Positions 18,759-27,342 of a stretch of 64,000 bases of DNA are shown here, piece after piece. The notes below the pieces were generated by a model, which ran no database searches, was not told the DNA's origin, and worked only from the letters and a program-made list of their open reading frames with translations. Position numbers and translations under genes: made by a program. The stretch's first letter is position 1; each line of letters begins with the position of its first letter. The stretch comes from a virus: the IMG/VR virus record IMGVR_UViG_3300027920_000904. One strand, 5' to 3'.

Positions 18759-18973
18759 AGCCGCCGCTACATGCCCAGGAGCTCGCGCACGCGCGCTGCC
18801 TCAACCCCGACTGCCCCGACGAGGACCACCCGATCTACATCACGCAGCGGTGCTGCCCCGACGCCGGGCTTGACGTCGCCTACGACCGGGCGAAGAACGT
18901 GCTCGCGGTGCAGTGCCACGCCTGCAAGACGCCGATCTGCGAGGTCGCGGTCGCGGTCGCGACCACCCACTAG
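18755..18973 (+). CDS. small Cys-rich protein
   Basis: CLNPDC..CC..CHAC. Confidence 0.6.
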   Translation: MKPPLHAQELAHARCLNPDCPDEDHPIYITQRCCPDAGLDVAYDRAKNVLAVQCHACKTPICEVAVAVATTH

Positions 18974-18983
18974 GAGGATCCCG

Positions 18984-19247
18984 ATGGCCCACACCTGCCA
19001 CGCCAAGGGCTGCGACAAGGAGGTGCCGCCGAAAATGTTCATGTGCAAGCGGCACTGGTACATGCTGCCCAAGGACAAGCAGCGCGCGATCTGGCGCGAG
19101 TACCAGGAGGGTCAGGAGGTTCGCAAGGACCCGACCGAGACCTACCTCGAGGTCGCGCGCGACGCGATCGACTGGCTCTACGCCAAGGAGCAGGAGCTGG
19201 CGCAGCAGAAGGCCGACGCCGGCGGCCGCCAGGGGAAGCTCTTCTGA
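18984..19247 (+). CDS. Zn-finger protein ending in a beta-clamp-binding-like motif
   Basis: HTCHAKGC..FMCKRHWY..; C-terminus QGKLF*; AGGAGG SD. Confidence 0.7.
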   Translation: MAHTCHAKGCDKEVPPKMFMCKRHWYMLPKDKQRAIWREYQEGQEVRKDPTETYLEVARDAIDWLYAKEQELAQQKADAGGRQGKLF

Positions 19248-19285
19248 CGCGGCGTCGCCCGGTCTCTCACGCGGAGGCACGCGCG

Positions 19286-19570
19286 ATGGGATGGGAGAGG
19301 ATCGACCCCAAGCCCTGGAACAACAAGCTCGTCGCCCGGTGGCGACACAAGGACGGATGGATCATCGGGCACTGCGGCCATCCGACGGCCAACCACCCCT
19401 GGGCTCTCTACGATCCGAAGGGGCTGATGCACTGCACCGGTGGACGAAAGCCTCACCGACGCCCCGATTGGGGCTATGCATGGGACACGCTCGCGGACGC
19501 GATGGAGTACGTGTTTGATCCCGCGCCCAAGGGCGACAAGACCCGGCCGATCCCGGCCGCATGGAGATGA
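19286..19570 (+). CDS. hypothetical protein
   Basis: GGAGG SD; HCGHPTANHPW. Confidence 0.6.
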   Translation: MGWERIDPKPWNNKLVARWRHKDGWIIGHCGHPTANHPWALYDPKGLMHCTGGRKPHRRPDWGYAWDTLADAMEYVFDPAPKGDKTRPIPAAWR

Positions 19571-19992
19571 CGATGACGCTGATCACCGACGAGAACGGCA
19601 AGAAGCACGACTCGGAGCCCGAGGCCAGGCCGGGCAGCAACGGCCAGAGCCACGGGCCCGAGGTCCAGGACGTGCGCGGCCTGCCGACCGGCACGCTCCT
19701 CTACAACCTGATCCGCGTGGTCGGCGAGGAGGTGGGCATCGAGGGCTTCATCCACCAGATGGAGGCGGCGAAGGAGGCGAAGAAGATGGTGGGCGACCCG
19801 CCCCAACTCGCGCGCGCGAAGGAGGTCTACTCGGCGATGTGCCAGCGCCGGTTCGTCTTCGCCAACGAGCTCAACCAGCGCTTCAAGGACATCGACGAGG
19901 CGCGCGCCGTGGCGTGCGGCATCACCATCTTCGTCCCCAGGGGCGACGTCACGCCGGCCGAGGAGGCCGCGCCCGCCAAGCAGGAGGAGTGA
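19561..19992 (+). CDS. hypothetical protein
   Basis: Codon bias; tiles with neighbours. Confidence 0.65.
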   Translation: MEMTMTLITDENGKKHDSEPEARPGSNGQSHGPEVQDVRGLPTGTLLYNLIRVVGEEVGIEGFIHQMEAAKEAKKMVGDPPQLARAKEVYSAMCQRRFVFANELNQRFKDIDEARAVACGITIFVPRGDVTPAEEAAPAKQEE

Positions 19993-19993
19993 C

Positions 19994-20479
19994 GTGGCCC
20001 GGCCCTACGAGCGGCCGCGCCGGCTCTCGCCGGTCGAGCGCGGCCACCGGCCGGACTGCGTGTGGACAAACAACTTCGGCCCGTCGTGCGACTGCGACGG
20101 GTCGATCGGCCGGTCCCCCGAGGCCGTCGAGAAGCGCCGGCAGATCATCCAGGCCATGACGCTGAGCGGCTGGCGGTTCCGCAACGACAGCCACACCGAG
20201 ACCTACCTCCACTTCGAGCGCAGCTTCGGTGAGCACCGGATGGGGGTGTCCCGGGTGATGTCGGGGTGGCAGCTGGTCTGGACCCGCGGGTTGGGCTGGA
20301 CGATCCTCGAGGAGAGCCTCTACGGGACGATCGAGCTGTGCGTGAGCGCGCTGTTCGAGCACATGGTGGCCTACCACGACATGGCCGATGCGATCCTCGC
20401 GGAGAACGTGCAGATGAAGCTCGAGGCGGCGAAGGCGACGCCGAAGCTGACGTTGGTGCCCAAGGGCGAGGAGGGGTAG
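19994..20479 (+). CDS. hypothetical protein
   Basis: GGAGG SD, GTG start. Confidence 0.65.
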   Translation: MARPYERPRRLSPVERGHRPDCVWTNNFGPSCDCDGSIGRSPEAVEKRRQIIQAMTLSGWRFRNDSHTETYLHFERSFGEHRMGVSRVMSGWQLVWTRGLGWTILEESLYGTIELCVSALFEHMVAYHDMADAILAENVQMKLEAAKATPKLTLVPKGEEG

Positions 20480-20482
20480 ATC

Positions 20483-21172
20483 GTGGCGCGCGTGAAGCTG
20501 ATGAAGCCGCCGCTGCGCGATCGCGTGATGGCGTCGGAGGAGTACACGAACACCACCGTCCACCTGCGCTTCCACGCCGGGCCCGAGTTCCCGACGTCAC
20601 AGGCAGGGTGGGCGATCTTCCGCATCGACGAGTCGTCCGGATCGCTGGCGGTCGAGTCGGACTGGGGCAACTACGCCTACCGCTGGGGGCATGGCGGCCG
20701 CCGCGAGCGGACGCTGCGGGAGTTCCTCTCGACCTGCAGCGAGGGCTACATCGCGACCAAGCTGCTCTACGGCCACCGCGAGCAGGTCTTCGATGAGGAG
20801 ACCACCAGGAAGGAGATGAAGAAGGCTGCCCGCGAGTGGTTCCGGGAGGGGCGGATCAACATCGTGCTCGACGAGGTGGGCAACGCATTCGAGCTGTTCC
20901 GATCGCTCACCAGCGAGATCCACGAGTTCTGTCGCAACGCCGCGGGGGTGAACCCCGGCACCGACCTCTACTACTTCGCCGGCGACCTGTTGAAGAAGGC
21001 GTTCGATCCGCTGTACGAGCACGTCCACACCGAGATGCCGGCTTGGCACCAGGTCCTGCACCAGGAGATCATCCCGGCGTTCCAGGCCTACCTGCGAGGA
21101 GAGATCGATGAGGAAGCCCTGCAACAACTGCCCGTGGCGCCGGGACGCGAAGCCTGGGTACTGGGACCCTGA
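20483..21172 (+). CDS. hypothetical phage protein
   Basis: GAGG SD; GSLAVESDWGNYAYRW. Confidence 0.7.
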   Translation: MARVKLMKPPLRDRVMASEEYTNTTVHLRFHAGPEFPTSQAGWAIFRIDESSGSLAVESDWGNYAYRWGHGGRRERTLREFLSTCSEGYIATKLLYGHREQVFDEETTRKEMKKAAREWFREGRINIVLDEVGNAFELFRSLTSEIHEFCRNAAGVNPGTDLYYFAGDLLKKAFDPLYEHVHTEMPAWHQVLHQEIIPAFQAYLRGEIDEEALQQLPVAPGREAWVLGP

Positions 21173-21473
21173 ACACTTCCGCGAGATCTGGACGAACTGC
21201 CAGGACGACGGCACGCACCTGATGCTGTGCCACAAGTCGGCCGAGCTGCCGCCGGCGGCGCCGAAGCTCATCTGCCAGGGGTGGATCCGGGTGATGAAGC
21301 AGAGCGCTGTCGGCGTGCGGCTCGCGCTGATGCGCGACCTGGTGACGATCGAGGAGGTGGACGACACGAACGTGCCCGACCTGTTCTCAACCTTCCGCGA
21401 GATGCTGATCGCCAACGGCGTTCGGCCGCCGCGGCGCAACCGCTACGTACCCCCGCGCAGACCGCGCGGGTAG
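21108..21473 (+). CDS. Cys-rich protein (DUF6283-like)
   Basis: KPCNNCPWRRD..CH..CQGW. Confidence 0.55.
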   Translation: MRKPCNNCPWRRDAKPGYWDPEHFREIWTNCQDDGTHLMLCHKSAELPPAAPKLICQGWIRVMKQSAVGVRLALMRDLVTIEEVDDTNVPDLFSTFREMLIANGVRPPRRNRYVPPRRPRG

Positions 21474-21488
21474 AATGCTTGGCTCCAC

Positions 21489-22082
21489 ATGGACAAGATC
21501 ACCGAAGCGCACGGAGACACCAAGGAGGCCTTCTCGCCGGAGTTCCGCCGCATCGTGGCGGTCGACTTCGACGGGGTGCTCCACCACGACGGGCATGGCT
21601 GGAGAGGGCCGGCGGTCATCCTCGGGCCGGCGATCCCGGGGGCGATCGACTGGCTGACCGGGCTGATCCGCGCCCACGACGACGAGGGCAAGCGCCGGTT
21701 CGACGTCCGCATCTTCTCGTCGCGCTGCCGGTACCCGGACGGCATCGAGGCGATGAAGGTCTGGCTGCGCGACCAGGGGCTGGCGCTCGGGGATCTGGCC
21801 GAGCTCGAGTACAGCACCGAGAAGCCGCCGGCGTGGGTGACGGTCGACGACCGCTGCTTCCGCTTCGAGGGGACCTACCCGACGGTGGCCTGGCTGGTCG
21901 AGTTCAACAGCTGGACGAGGCGGATGCCGACGGACGACGCCGCGTTCTTGCGCGAGCACGCCCGTTCGCTGACGCTGCCCGATCACATGCCCGACGAGCA
22001 GGTATTCAACGAGGCCGTGCGCCGCTTGTACGGCATCGCCGACTGGATGGAGGGGATCTTCCGGTCCCCGCAGGGTGGCTGA
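21489..22082 (+). CDS. HAD-superfamily phosphatase
   Basis: Motif I VAVDFDGVL, motif II FSSR, KP...VDDR. Confidence 0.75.
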   Translation: MDKITEAHGDTKEAFSPEFRRIVAVDFDGVLHHDGHGWRGPAVILGPAIPGAIDWLTGLIRAHDDEGKRRFDVRIFSSRCRYPDGIEAMKVWLRDQGLALGDLAELEYSTEKPPAWVTVDDRCFRFEGTYPTVAWLVEFNSWTRRMPTDDAAFLREHARSLTLPDHMPDEQVFNEAVRRLYGIADWMEGIFRSPQGG

Positions 22083-22477
22083 TGGGGGCCTTCCGCAACG
22101 ACGACGACCTGCGCCAGCACCGCATCGAGAACCTCGAGCAAGAGCTGGCACGGGCGCGCTACGAGCTCGAGAAGAAGAACGAGGAGATCGCCGAGCTGCA
22201 GAACAAGGAGAACGCGCGCGTCAACTTCTACCTCGAGTTCGGCGAGATGGAGGAGAAGCGACTGGCGGAGGAGAACCGCGAGCTCCACCAGCAGATCATC
22301 CTGCTGCGCGGTGGTATGCCGCCGGAGTTGTCGACGGCGATCGCGCGGGTGGCGAAGGCGAACGAGCTCGGGATCGCGCTCCAGGCGATGCGGCGCGAGG
22401 TGCGGCGGACGAGGCTGCTCGTCATGCTGATGATCGTGGCGTACTGGCTCTCGGTGGGCGGCTGGCTGCCCCTCTGA
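22082..22477 (+). CDS. coiled-coil protein with C-terminal membrane anchor
   Basis: Heptad-rich N-terminus; LLVMLMIVAYWLSV. Confidence 0.65.
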   Translation: MGAFRNDDDLRQHRIENLEQELARARYELEKKNEEIAELQNKENARVNFYLEFGEMEEKRLAEENRELHQQIILLRGGMPPELSTAIARVAKANELGIALQAMRREVRRTRLLVMLMIVAYWLSVGGWLPL

Positions 22478-22490
22478 TCGGAAGGTGTTC

Positions 22491-24596
22491 ATGACGAGCG
22501 ATGCGGCCTACCTGGCCACGAAGATCCCAGGGCTGGTCGTGCTCGACGGTGGCAAGTCCGCTGTCGAGCACGACTACATCGATGAGGTGTTCGGGCACCA
22601 CGGCTACCTGGCGGCTCGGGTCGATGGCTACCGCCCGCGCGACGGGCAGATCAAGCTCGCGCGCGCGATCGACCGGGGCATCCGGGACCAGCGCCACGTG
22701 ATCGGCGAGGGCCCGACGGGCACGGGCAAGTCCTTCGCCTACTCGGTGCCGGCGGCCTACCACGCGGTGCACAGCGGCAAGAAGGTCTGCATCGTCACCG
22801 CGAACAAGAACCTGCAGCGGCAGATCTACCAGAAGGACCTCGCGGCGCTGGCGGCGGCGGTGCCGTGGCCCTTCACCTACGCGATCCGCAAGGGGGTGTC
22901 GAGCTACCTCTGCCTGCGCAACTTCGAGAACCGCTCCTGGCGCGACCTCTTCTCGGAGGCGTCGGAGCACAGCGACATGATCCGCGCGACCGCGGAGTGG
23001 GCGGAGCGGACCGACAGCGGAGACTTCGAGGAGAGCCCGGGCCCGCCGCCCAAGGTGTGGGCCGGCTTCTCGACGTCGCGCGAGGAGTGCGACGGGCGGA
23101 AGTGCCCGAGCTTCTCCGGCTGCTTCGTCAAGAAGGCGAAGGACGCGTCGGAGAAGGCGCAGATCATCGTCACCAACTACCACCTGTTCTTCCTCCATCT
23201 GCGGATGGGCCTGGATCGACCGATCCTGCCTCACTTCGACGTGGTGATCATGGACGAGGCGCACCGGGCGGCGAACATCGCCCGGGACTTCTTCGGCACC
23301 GAGATCACCTTCGGCGCGCTCTACCGCTGCGTGACCAACCTGCACCTGATCGACGTGCGCGGGTTCCGTGCGCGTGGTGCCGCGCTGCGCGACGAGTACA
23401 TGGCGGAGGTGAACCGGATGTGGGCGGTGCTGAGTCACCGCGCGCGGAGCAAGTCCCACATCCTGGGGGAGCGCAACCGCATCGAGACCGGCAAGCTCGA
23501 GGAGCTGCTGCACACGATCGACGACTTCTACAACGAGGTGGCCAACGCGCTCGATCCGCCCGAGCTCGCGGCGCTCTCCGGGCGCAAGGCGGCCCAGGGC
23601 TCGCTGGCGGCCCAGTACCGCAAGCTGGCCGGCAAGTGCGTCGAAAAGGCCGAGCAGCTCGCCGAGTTCCGGGCGACGGCACAGGAGGGGATGGTCTACT
23701 TCATCGAGGGCTCGGGGAACGAGGAGCGCGGCAAGTACGTGCGGCTCAAGTCGCGCGCCGTCGAGGTGGCGGGCTTCATGCGGCCGATGCTCTTCGAGCG
23801 CTACAAGACCGTGGTGCAGACCTCGGCGACGCTGGCGGTGCGCGGCGGCAAGGGCAGCGACTTTGCTTACCTTCGACGCGAGATGGGGATGAACCCGCGC
23901 GCCGGCGCCGAGGATCTCTCGATCGAGGAGCTCGTGGTCGAGTCGCCGTTCAACTGGCCCAAGCAGGCGATGCTGGTGATCCCGGCGTCGATGCCGGAGT
24001 TCACGCACGGCGACGGCAAGTGGGACGAGTCCGTCCTCGAGCACGCGGTCCGGACGGTCAACATCATGAAGGGGCGGACGCTCTGCCTCTTCACGAGCTT
24101 CCGCATGCTCGAGCTGGCCAAGGAGCGGCTGCGCCGCGAGACGCGGTACCGGATCCTCGCCCAGGGCGAGGGGACCAACCGCGAGCTCGTGTCGGAGTTC
24201 CAAGCGGACATCGACTCGGTGTTGCTGGGGACCGAGTCCTTCGCCGAGGGCATCTCGGTGGAGGGCGAGGCCTGCAGCTGCGTCCTGCTCGACAAGATCC
24301 CGTTCATCAACAAGGACGACCCGGTGATGGCCGGCCTCGAGCGCCGGCTCAAGCAGCGAGGGAGCCGCGAGGACGTCTTCCGGTCCTACATGCTCCCGGA
24401 GGCGATCATCAGCTTCAAGCAGCGGGTCGGTCGGCTCATCCGCACGGTCGAGGACGTCGGCGTCGTGGTGGTGCTGGATCGGAGGTTGCTGACCAAGCCC
24501 TACCGGACCCAGTTCATCAAGAGCATCCCGCCGATCCGGCGGGAGGAGAGCCTTGACTCGATCCAACCCTTCCTGTGGGAGAAGGGGGTCGTCTAG
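22491..24596 (+). CDS. dinG: DinG/YoaA-family Fe-S helicase
   Basis: Q motif RDGQ, GPTGTGKS, YLC..C..C..C Fe-S cysteines, DEAH, TSATL, QRVGRLIRT. Confidence 0.92.
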   Translation: MTSDAAYLATKIPGLVVLDGGKSAVEHDYIDEVFGHHGYLAARVDGYRPRDGQIKLARAIDRGIRDQRHVIGEGPTGTGKSFAYSVPAAYHAVHSGKKVCIVTANKNLQRQIYQKDLAALAAAVPWPFTYAIRKGVSSYLCLRNFENRSWRDLFSEASEHSDMIRATAEWAERTDSGDFEESPGPPPKVWAGFSTSREECDGRKCPSFSGCFVKKAKDASEKAQIIVTNYHLFFLHLRMGLDRPILPHFDVVIMDEAHRAANIARDFFGTEITFGALYRCVTNLHLIDVRGFRARGAALRDEYMAEVNRMWAVLSHRARSKSHILGERNRIETGKLEELLHTIDDFYNEVANALDPPELAALSGRKAAQGSLAAQYRKLAGKCVEKAEQLAEFRATAQEGMVYFIEGSGNEERGKYVRLKSRAVEVAGFMRPMLFERYKTVVQTSATLAVRGGKGSDFAYLRREMGMNPRAGAEDLSIEELVVESPFNWPKQAMLVIPASMPEFTHGDGKWDESVLEHAVRTVNIMKGRTLCLFTSFRMLELAKERLRRETRYRILAQGEGTNRELVSEFQADIDSVLLGTESFAEGISVEGEACSCVLLDKIPFINKDDPVMAGLERRLKQRGSREDVFRSYMLPEAIISFKQRVGRLIRTVEDVGVVVVLDRRLLTKPYRTQFIKSIPPIRREESLDSIQPFLWEKGVV

Positions 24597-24623
24597 GGCA
24601 TAAGCCTCGAGAAGGAGGTACGC

Positions 24624-24971
24624 ATGATGCACAAGAACCGGATCTGGCAGGTCAAGGACCTGCCGATCGAGTCGTTGGCCACCGAACTGCAGCGCTGCAC
24701 CTGGTGCTGCTGCTCGGGCTTCCGCGCCGGCGGCATGCTCTGGCTCAACGACGCGACGAGCCCCGACGGCGCCCAGGAGTACGCCGTGATCCGCGAGAGC
24801 GACGGCGCCCAGGTCGAGTCCGTCACGGTGAGCTGGTGCAAGCCCGAGGAGCTGCAGGCGTACATCGACCAGTACGCGGCCGAGCTCGCCACGATGGCGC
24901 CGCTGCTCGGGCGGCCGCTCAAGGAGTCGTCCCTCAGCCACGGGCCTCACCCATGTGCGCACTGCGCCTGA
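24624..24971 (+). CDS. hypothetical protein
   Basis: AAGGAGG SD; TWCCCSGF..LNDATSPDGAQEY. Confidence 0.7.
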   Translation: MMHKNRIWQVKDLPIESLATELQRCTWCCCSGFRAGGMLWLNDATSPDGAQEYAVIRESDGAQVESVTVSWCKPEELQAYIDQYAAELATMAPLLGRPLKESSLSHGPHPCAHCA

Positions 24972-25258
24972 ACGAGAGGACGATCCGCCCCGACATCCAG
25001 CACTACGCCAACTTCAACACCTGCTACGCGGTCTGGCTCGCGAAGGTCGACGCGCTGTGCGGGCGGTTGCTCAACATCGAGCTGATGCACCTGATCGAGT
25101 CGGAGGGGCTCGACCCGATCGAGTACTACGAGGAGAACGTCCACCCCGATCAGTACTTCGCCGGGGTCGTCGTGCCGGCGATCGAGAACGAGCAGGGGGG
25201 CGAGTTCATCGACGAGGTCATCGGCCTCGAGGCGATGTGGGGTAACAAGTACCCATGA
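24953..25258 (+). CDS. hypothetical acidic protein (start uncertain)
   Basis: Codon bias; fills gap. Confidence 0.55.
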   Translation: MCALRLNERTIRPDIQHYANFNTCYAVWLAKVDALCGRLLNIELMHLIESEGLDPIEYYEENVHPDQYFAGVVVPAIENEQGGEFIDEVIGLEAMWGNKYP

Positions 25259-25770
25259 CGGAGATCCCTTACGACCTGCTCTCGAAGCGGATGCGCTCGG
25301 TCGCGTCGACCGGCTACTTCAGCGGTGGCAGCCGCGGCTTGCTCGACCAGGCCTACCTGGCGCGCTGCCGCAAGATCCACCACGGCGCAGTGCTGATCTT
25401 CACCCGGGACATCGGCCACCACCACAGCGGTTGGTGGAAGAACCCGGACTACGAGCGGTGCTACCACCTGTCGATGTCGGCGGCACCGCGGGCAATCTGG
25501 ACGCCCGACACGCCCGACCTCGACGCCGGAGTGCGCGATGCCTGGATCGCGGCGTTCTTTCAGGAGCACGTGAGCAAGCTGTGGTTCGAGCCGCCGTTCT
25601 CGCCGGAGGGCAAGGCCTCGAACGTCAACCACTGGCGACTCTTCTGCAACGACGTGTGGGAACCGATCGTTCCCCGCGGGGAGGTCTACACGAAGCAGTT
25701 TACCGAGATCGGATGGAAGTCCTGGTCTGAGGTCCAGGGCGCTCGCGCCGAAGGCGAGCAGCCGGAGTGA
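25255..25770 (+). CDS. hypothetical protein
   Basis: ATGA overlap; HHHSGWWKNPDYERCYHLS. Confidence 0.7.
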   Translation: MTEIPYDLLSKRMRSVASTGYFSGGSRGLLDQAYLARCRKIHHGAVLIFTRDIGHHHSGWWKNPDYERCYHLSMSAAPRAIWTPDTPDLDAGVRDAWIAAFFQEHVSKLWFEPPFSPEGKASNVNHWRLFCNDVWEPIVPRGEVYTKQFTEIGWKSWSEVQGARAEGEQPE

Positions 25771-25828
25771 TCCGGCGCGGGACGCACGCATGGAGGCGTG
25801 CGTCCTTTCTTAGGTATGGAGGATCGTG

Positions 25829-26014
25829 ATGTTCGACGGAGTGAAGGTGTTCACGGCGACGAAGGCCCGCGACCGCGAGGTGCTGGGCGACCTGGTGACC
25901 GACTGGCTCAGGAGCCACAAGGACAAGGAGATCGTCGACAAGGTCGTCTCACAGAGCTCGGACCAGGCGTTCCACTGCCTGACGATCACGCTGTTCTGGA
26001 AGTGGCGCCGGTAG
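25829..26014 (+). CDS. small conserved protein resembling a myxobacterial family
   Basis: GVKVFTATKARDRE.LG..VT.WL..VDKVVSQSSD..FHCLTITLF; GGAGG SD; family resemblance from memory only. Confidence 0.7.
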   Translation: MFDGVKVFTATKARDREVLGDLVTDWLRSHKDKEIVDKVVSQSSDQAFHCLTITLFWKWRR

Positions 26015-26015
26015 C

Positions 26016-26813
26016 ATGAAGGAGCGACCGATCATCATGACCGGCCACTCGCCGGTCGCGACGAGGGAGGGACGGAAGACCCAGACACGTCGGGTCGTGG
26101 TTCCGCAGCCGCCGTCGACGTACACGCGTGCGGCCTGGTTCAGCGCCCCGGTGATGGGCTGGACGAACGAGCGCGTCCCGGCGAGGAAGTGGCACAAGGT
26201 CCGCTGCCCCTACGGGGTGGTCGGCGATCGGCTGTGGGTCCGCGAGGCGTTCTGGCAGATGCACGACTCGGACAGCGACGGCTACCAGTCGATCGACTGC
26301 GGTCCGAACCTCGAGGTGGAGAGCCTGCCGGTCGACTACGTGGCGTCGCCGGAGAGCACCGAACCGCCGGTGGACGGCCGCGAGGTCGTGCCGTACACCG
26401 ATGAACCCGGGCCCGGCGACTGGTGGGTGTGCCCACCGGACAACTGGGACGGCACCGACGAGGATCGCGACAAGCGCGGCCGCTGGGAGTTCCTCCCGTG
26501 GTCCAAGCCCCACACCAAGTTCTCACCGCTCTTCATGCCGCGTTGGGCCTCACGCCTCCTGCTGGAGGTGACCGACGTTCGCGTGGAGCGCATCAAGGAG
26601 ATCAGCTACGAGGACATCCTGGCCGAGGGCATCGTGTGGCCCGCGGACACGGGTGGCAGGACGAATCGTGAGGTCGCCCTTGCGACCTTCGAGGAACTCT
26701 GGAACAAGATCAACGCCAAGCGCGGCTACGGCTGGAACGAGAACCCCTGGGTGTTCGTGATCTCGTACAAGGTGATCGAGGGGCTTGCGCCCGGCGCGTC
26801 ACACTCCGTATGA
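26016..26813 (+). CDS. phage ASCH/PUA-like protein
   Basis: GRKTQTRR, CPYG..GDRLWVRE, MPRWASR..LEVT.VRVER, NPWVFV. Confidence 0.8.
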   Translation: MKERPIIMTGHSPVATREGRKTQTRRVVVPQPPSTYTRAAWFSAPVMGWTNERVPARKWHKVRCPYGVVGDRLWVREAFWQMHDSDSDGYQSIDCGPNLEVESLPVDYVASPESTEPPVDGREVVPYTDEPGPGDWWVCPPDNWDGTDEDRDKRGRWEFLPWSKPHTKFSPLFMPRWASRLLLEVTDVRVERIKEISYEDILAEGIVWPADTGGRTNREVALATFEELWNKINAKRGYGWNENPWVFVISYKVIEGLAPGASHSV

Positions 26814-26825
26814 TGTGATCACACC
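26785..26825 (+). promoter_or_regulatory. sigma70-like promoter with TCACAC elements
   Basis: TTGCGC-18-TATGAT; TGTGATCACA palindrome at 26814-26823. Confidence 0.45.
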
Positions 26826-26868
26826 AGGACAGCTCGGGCGCCGCGCGCCCCTGCACCGGAGGATGAAG

Positions 26869-27339
26869 ATGGAGACCGATTCCGAGAACCCGACCGACAG
26901 CACCACCGTCGAGACCCCGCCACCGGCGAAGCCGAAGCGCGCCCCGGCCTCGCGCAACGGCAAGGCGGGCGCCGCCGTCCGTGCCGCCACCACCAAGCCG
27001 GCCAAGGAGAAGAAGGCGAGCGGCCGCGGCAAGGCGCCGCGCACCGAGCTCCCCGTGGCCGAGATGAACAAGGACGAGCGCAAGGTCCTCGAGACCCTCT
27101 ACTCGTCCAGCGGCCCCCGCGAGGGCAAGGCGCTCCACGAGCTGCAGAAGACCTGCTGGCCCAAGATCAAGGGGACCTCGAAGGCCCGCAACACGATCCG
27201 CCGGCTGGTGAAGTTCGGCTGGCTCGAGCTGCAGGAGCCGACCAAGCAGGAGATCGCCGCGCACGAGAAGGCCGGCAAGGGCCGCCTCTACTCCAAGTAC
27301 CGCCTGACGGAGAAGGGCCGCAAGCGCGGCCTCAACTGA
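26869..27339 (+). CDS. winged-helix protein with K/A/P-rich N-terminal arm
   Basis: ARNTIRRLVKFGWL...YRLTEKG; GGAGG SD. Confidence 0.65.
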   Translation: METDSENPTDSTTVETPPPAKPKRAPASRNGKAGAAVRAATTKPAKEKKASGRGKAPRTELPVAEMNKDERKVLETLYSSSGPREGKALHELQKTCWPKIKGTSKARNTIRRLVKFGWLELQEPTKQEIAAHEKAGKGRLYSKYRLTEKGRKRGLN

Positions 27340-27342
27340 GCG

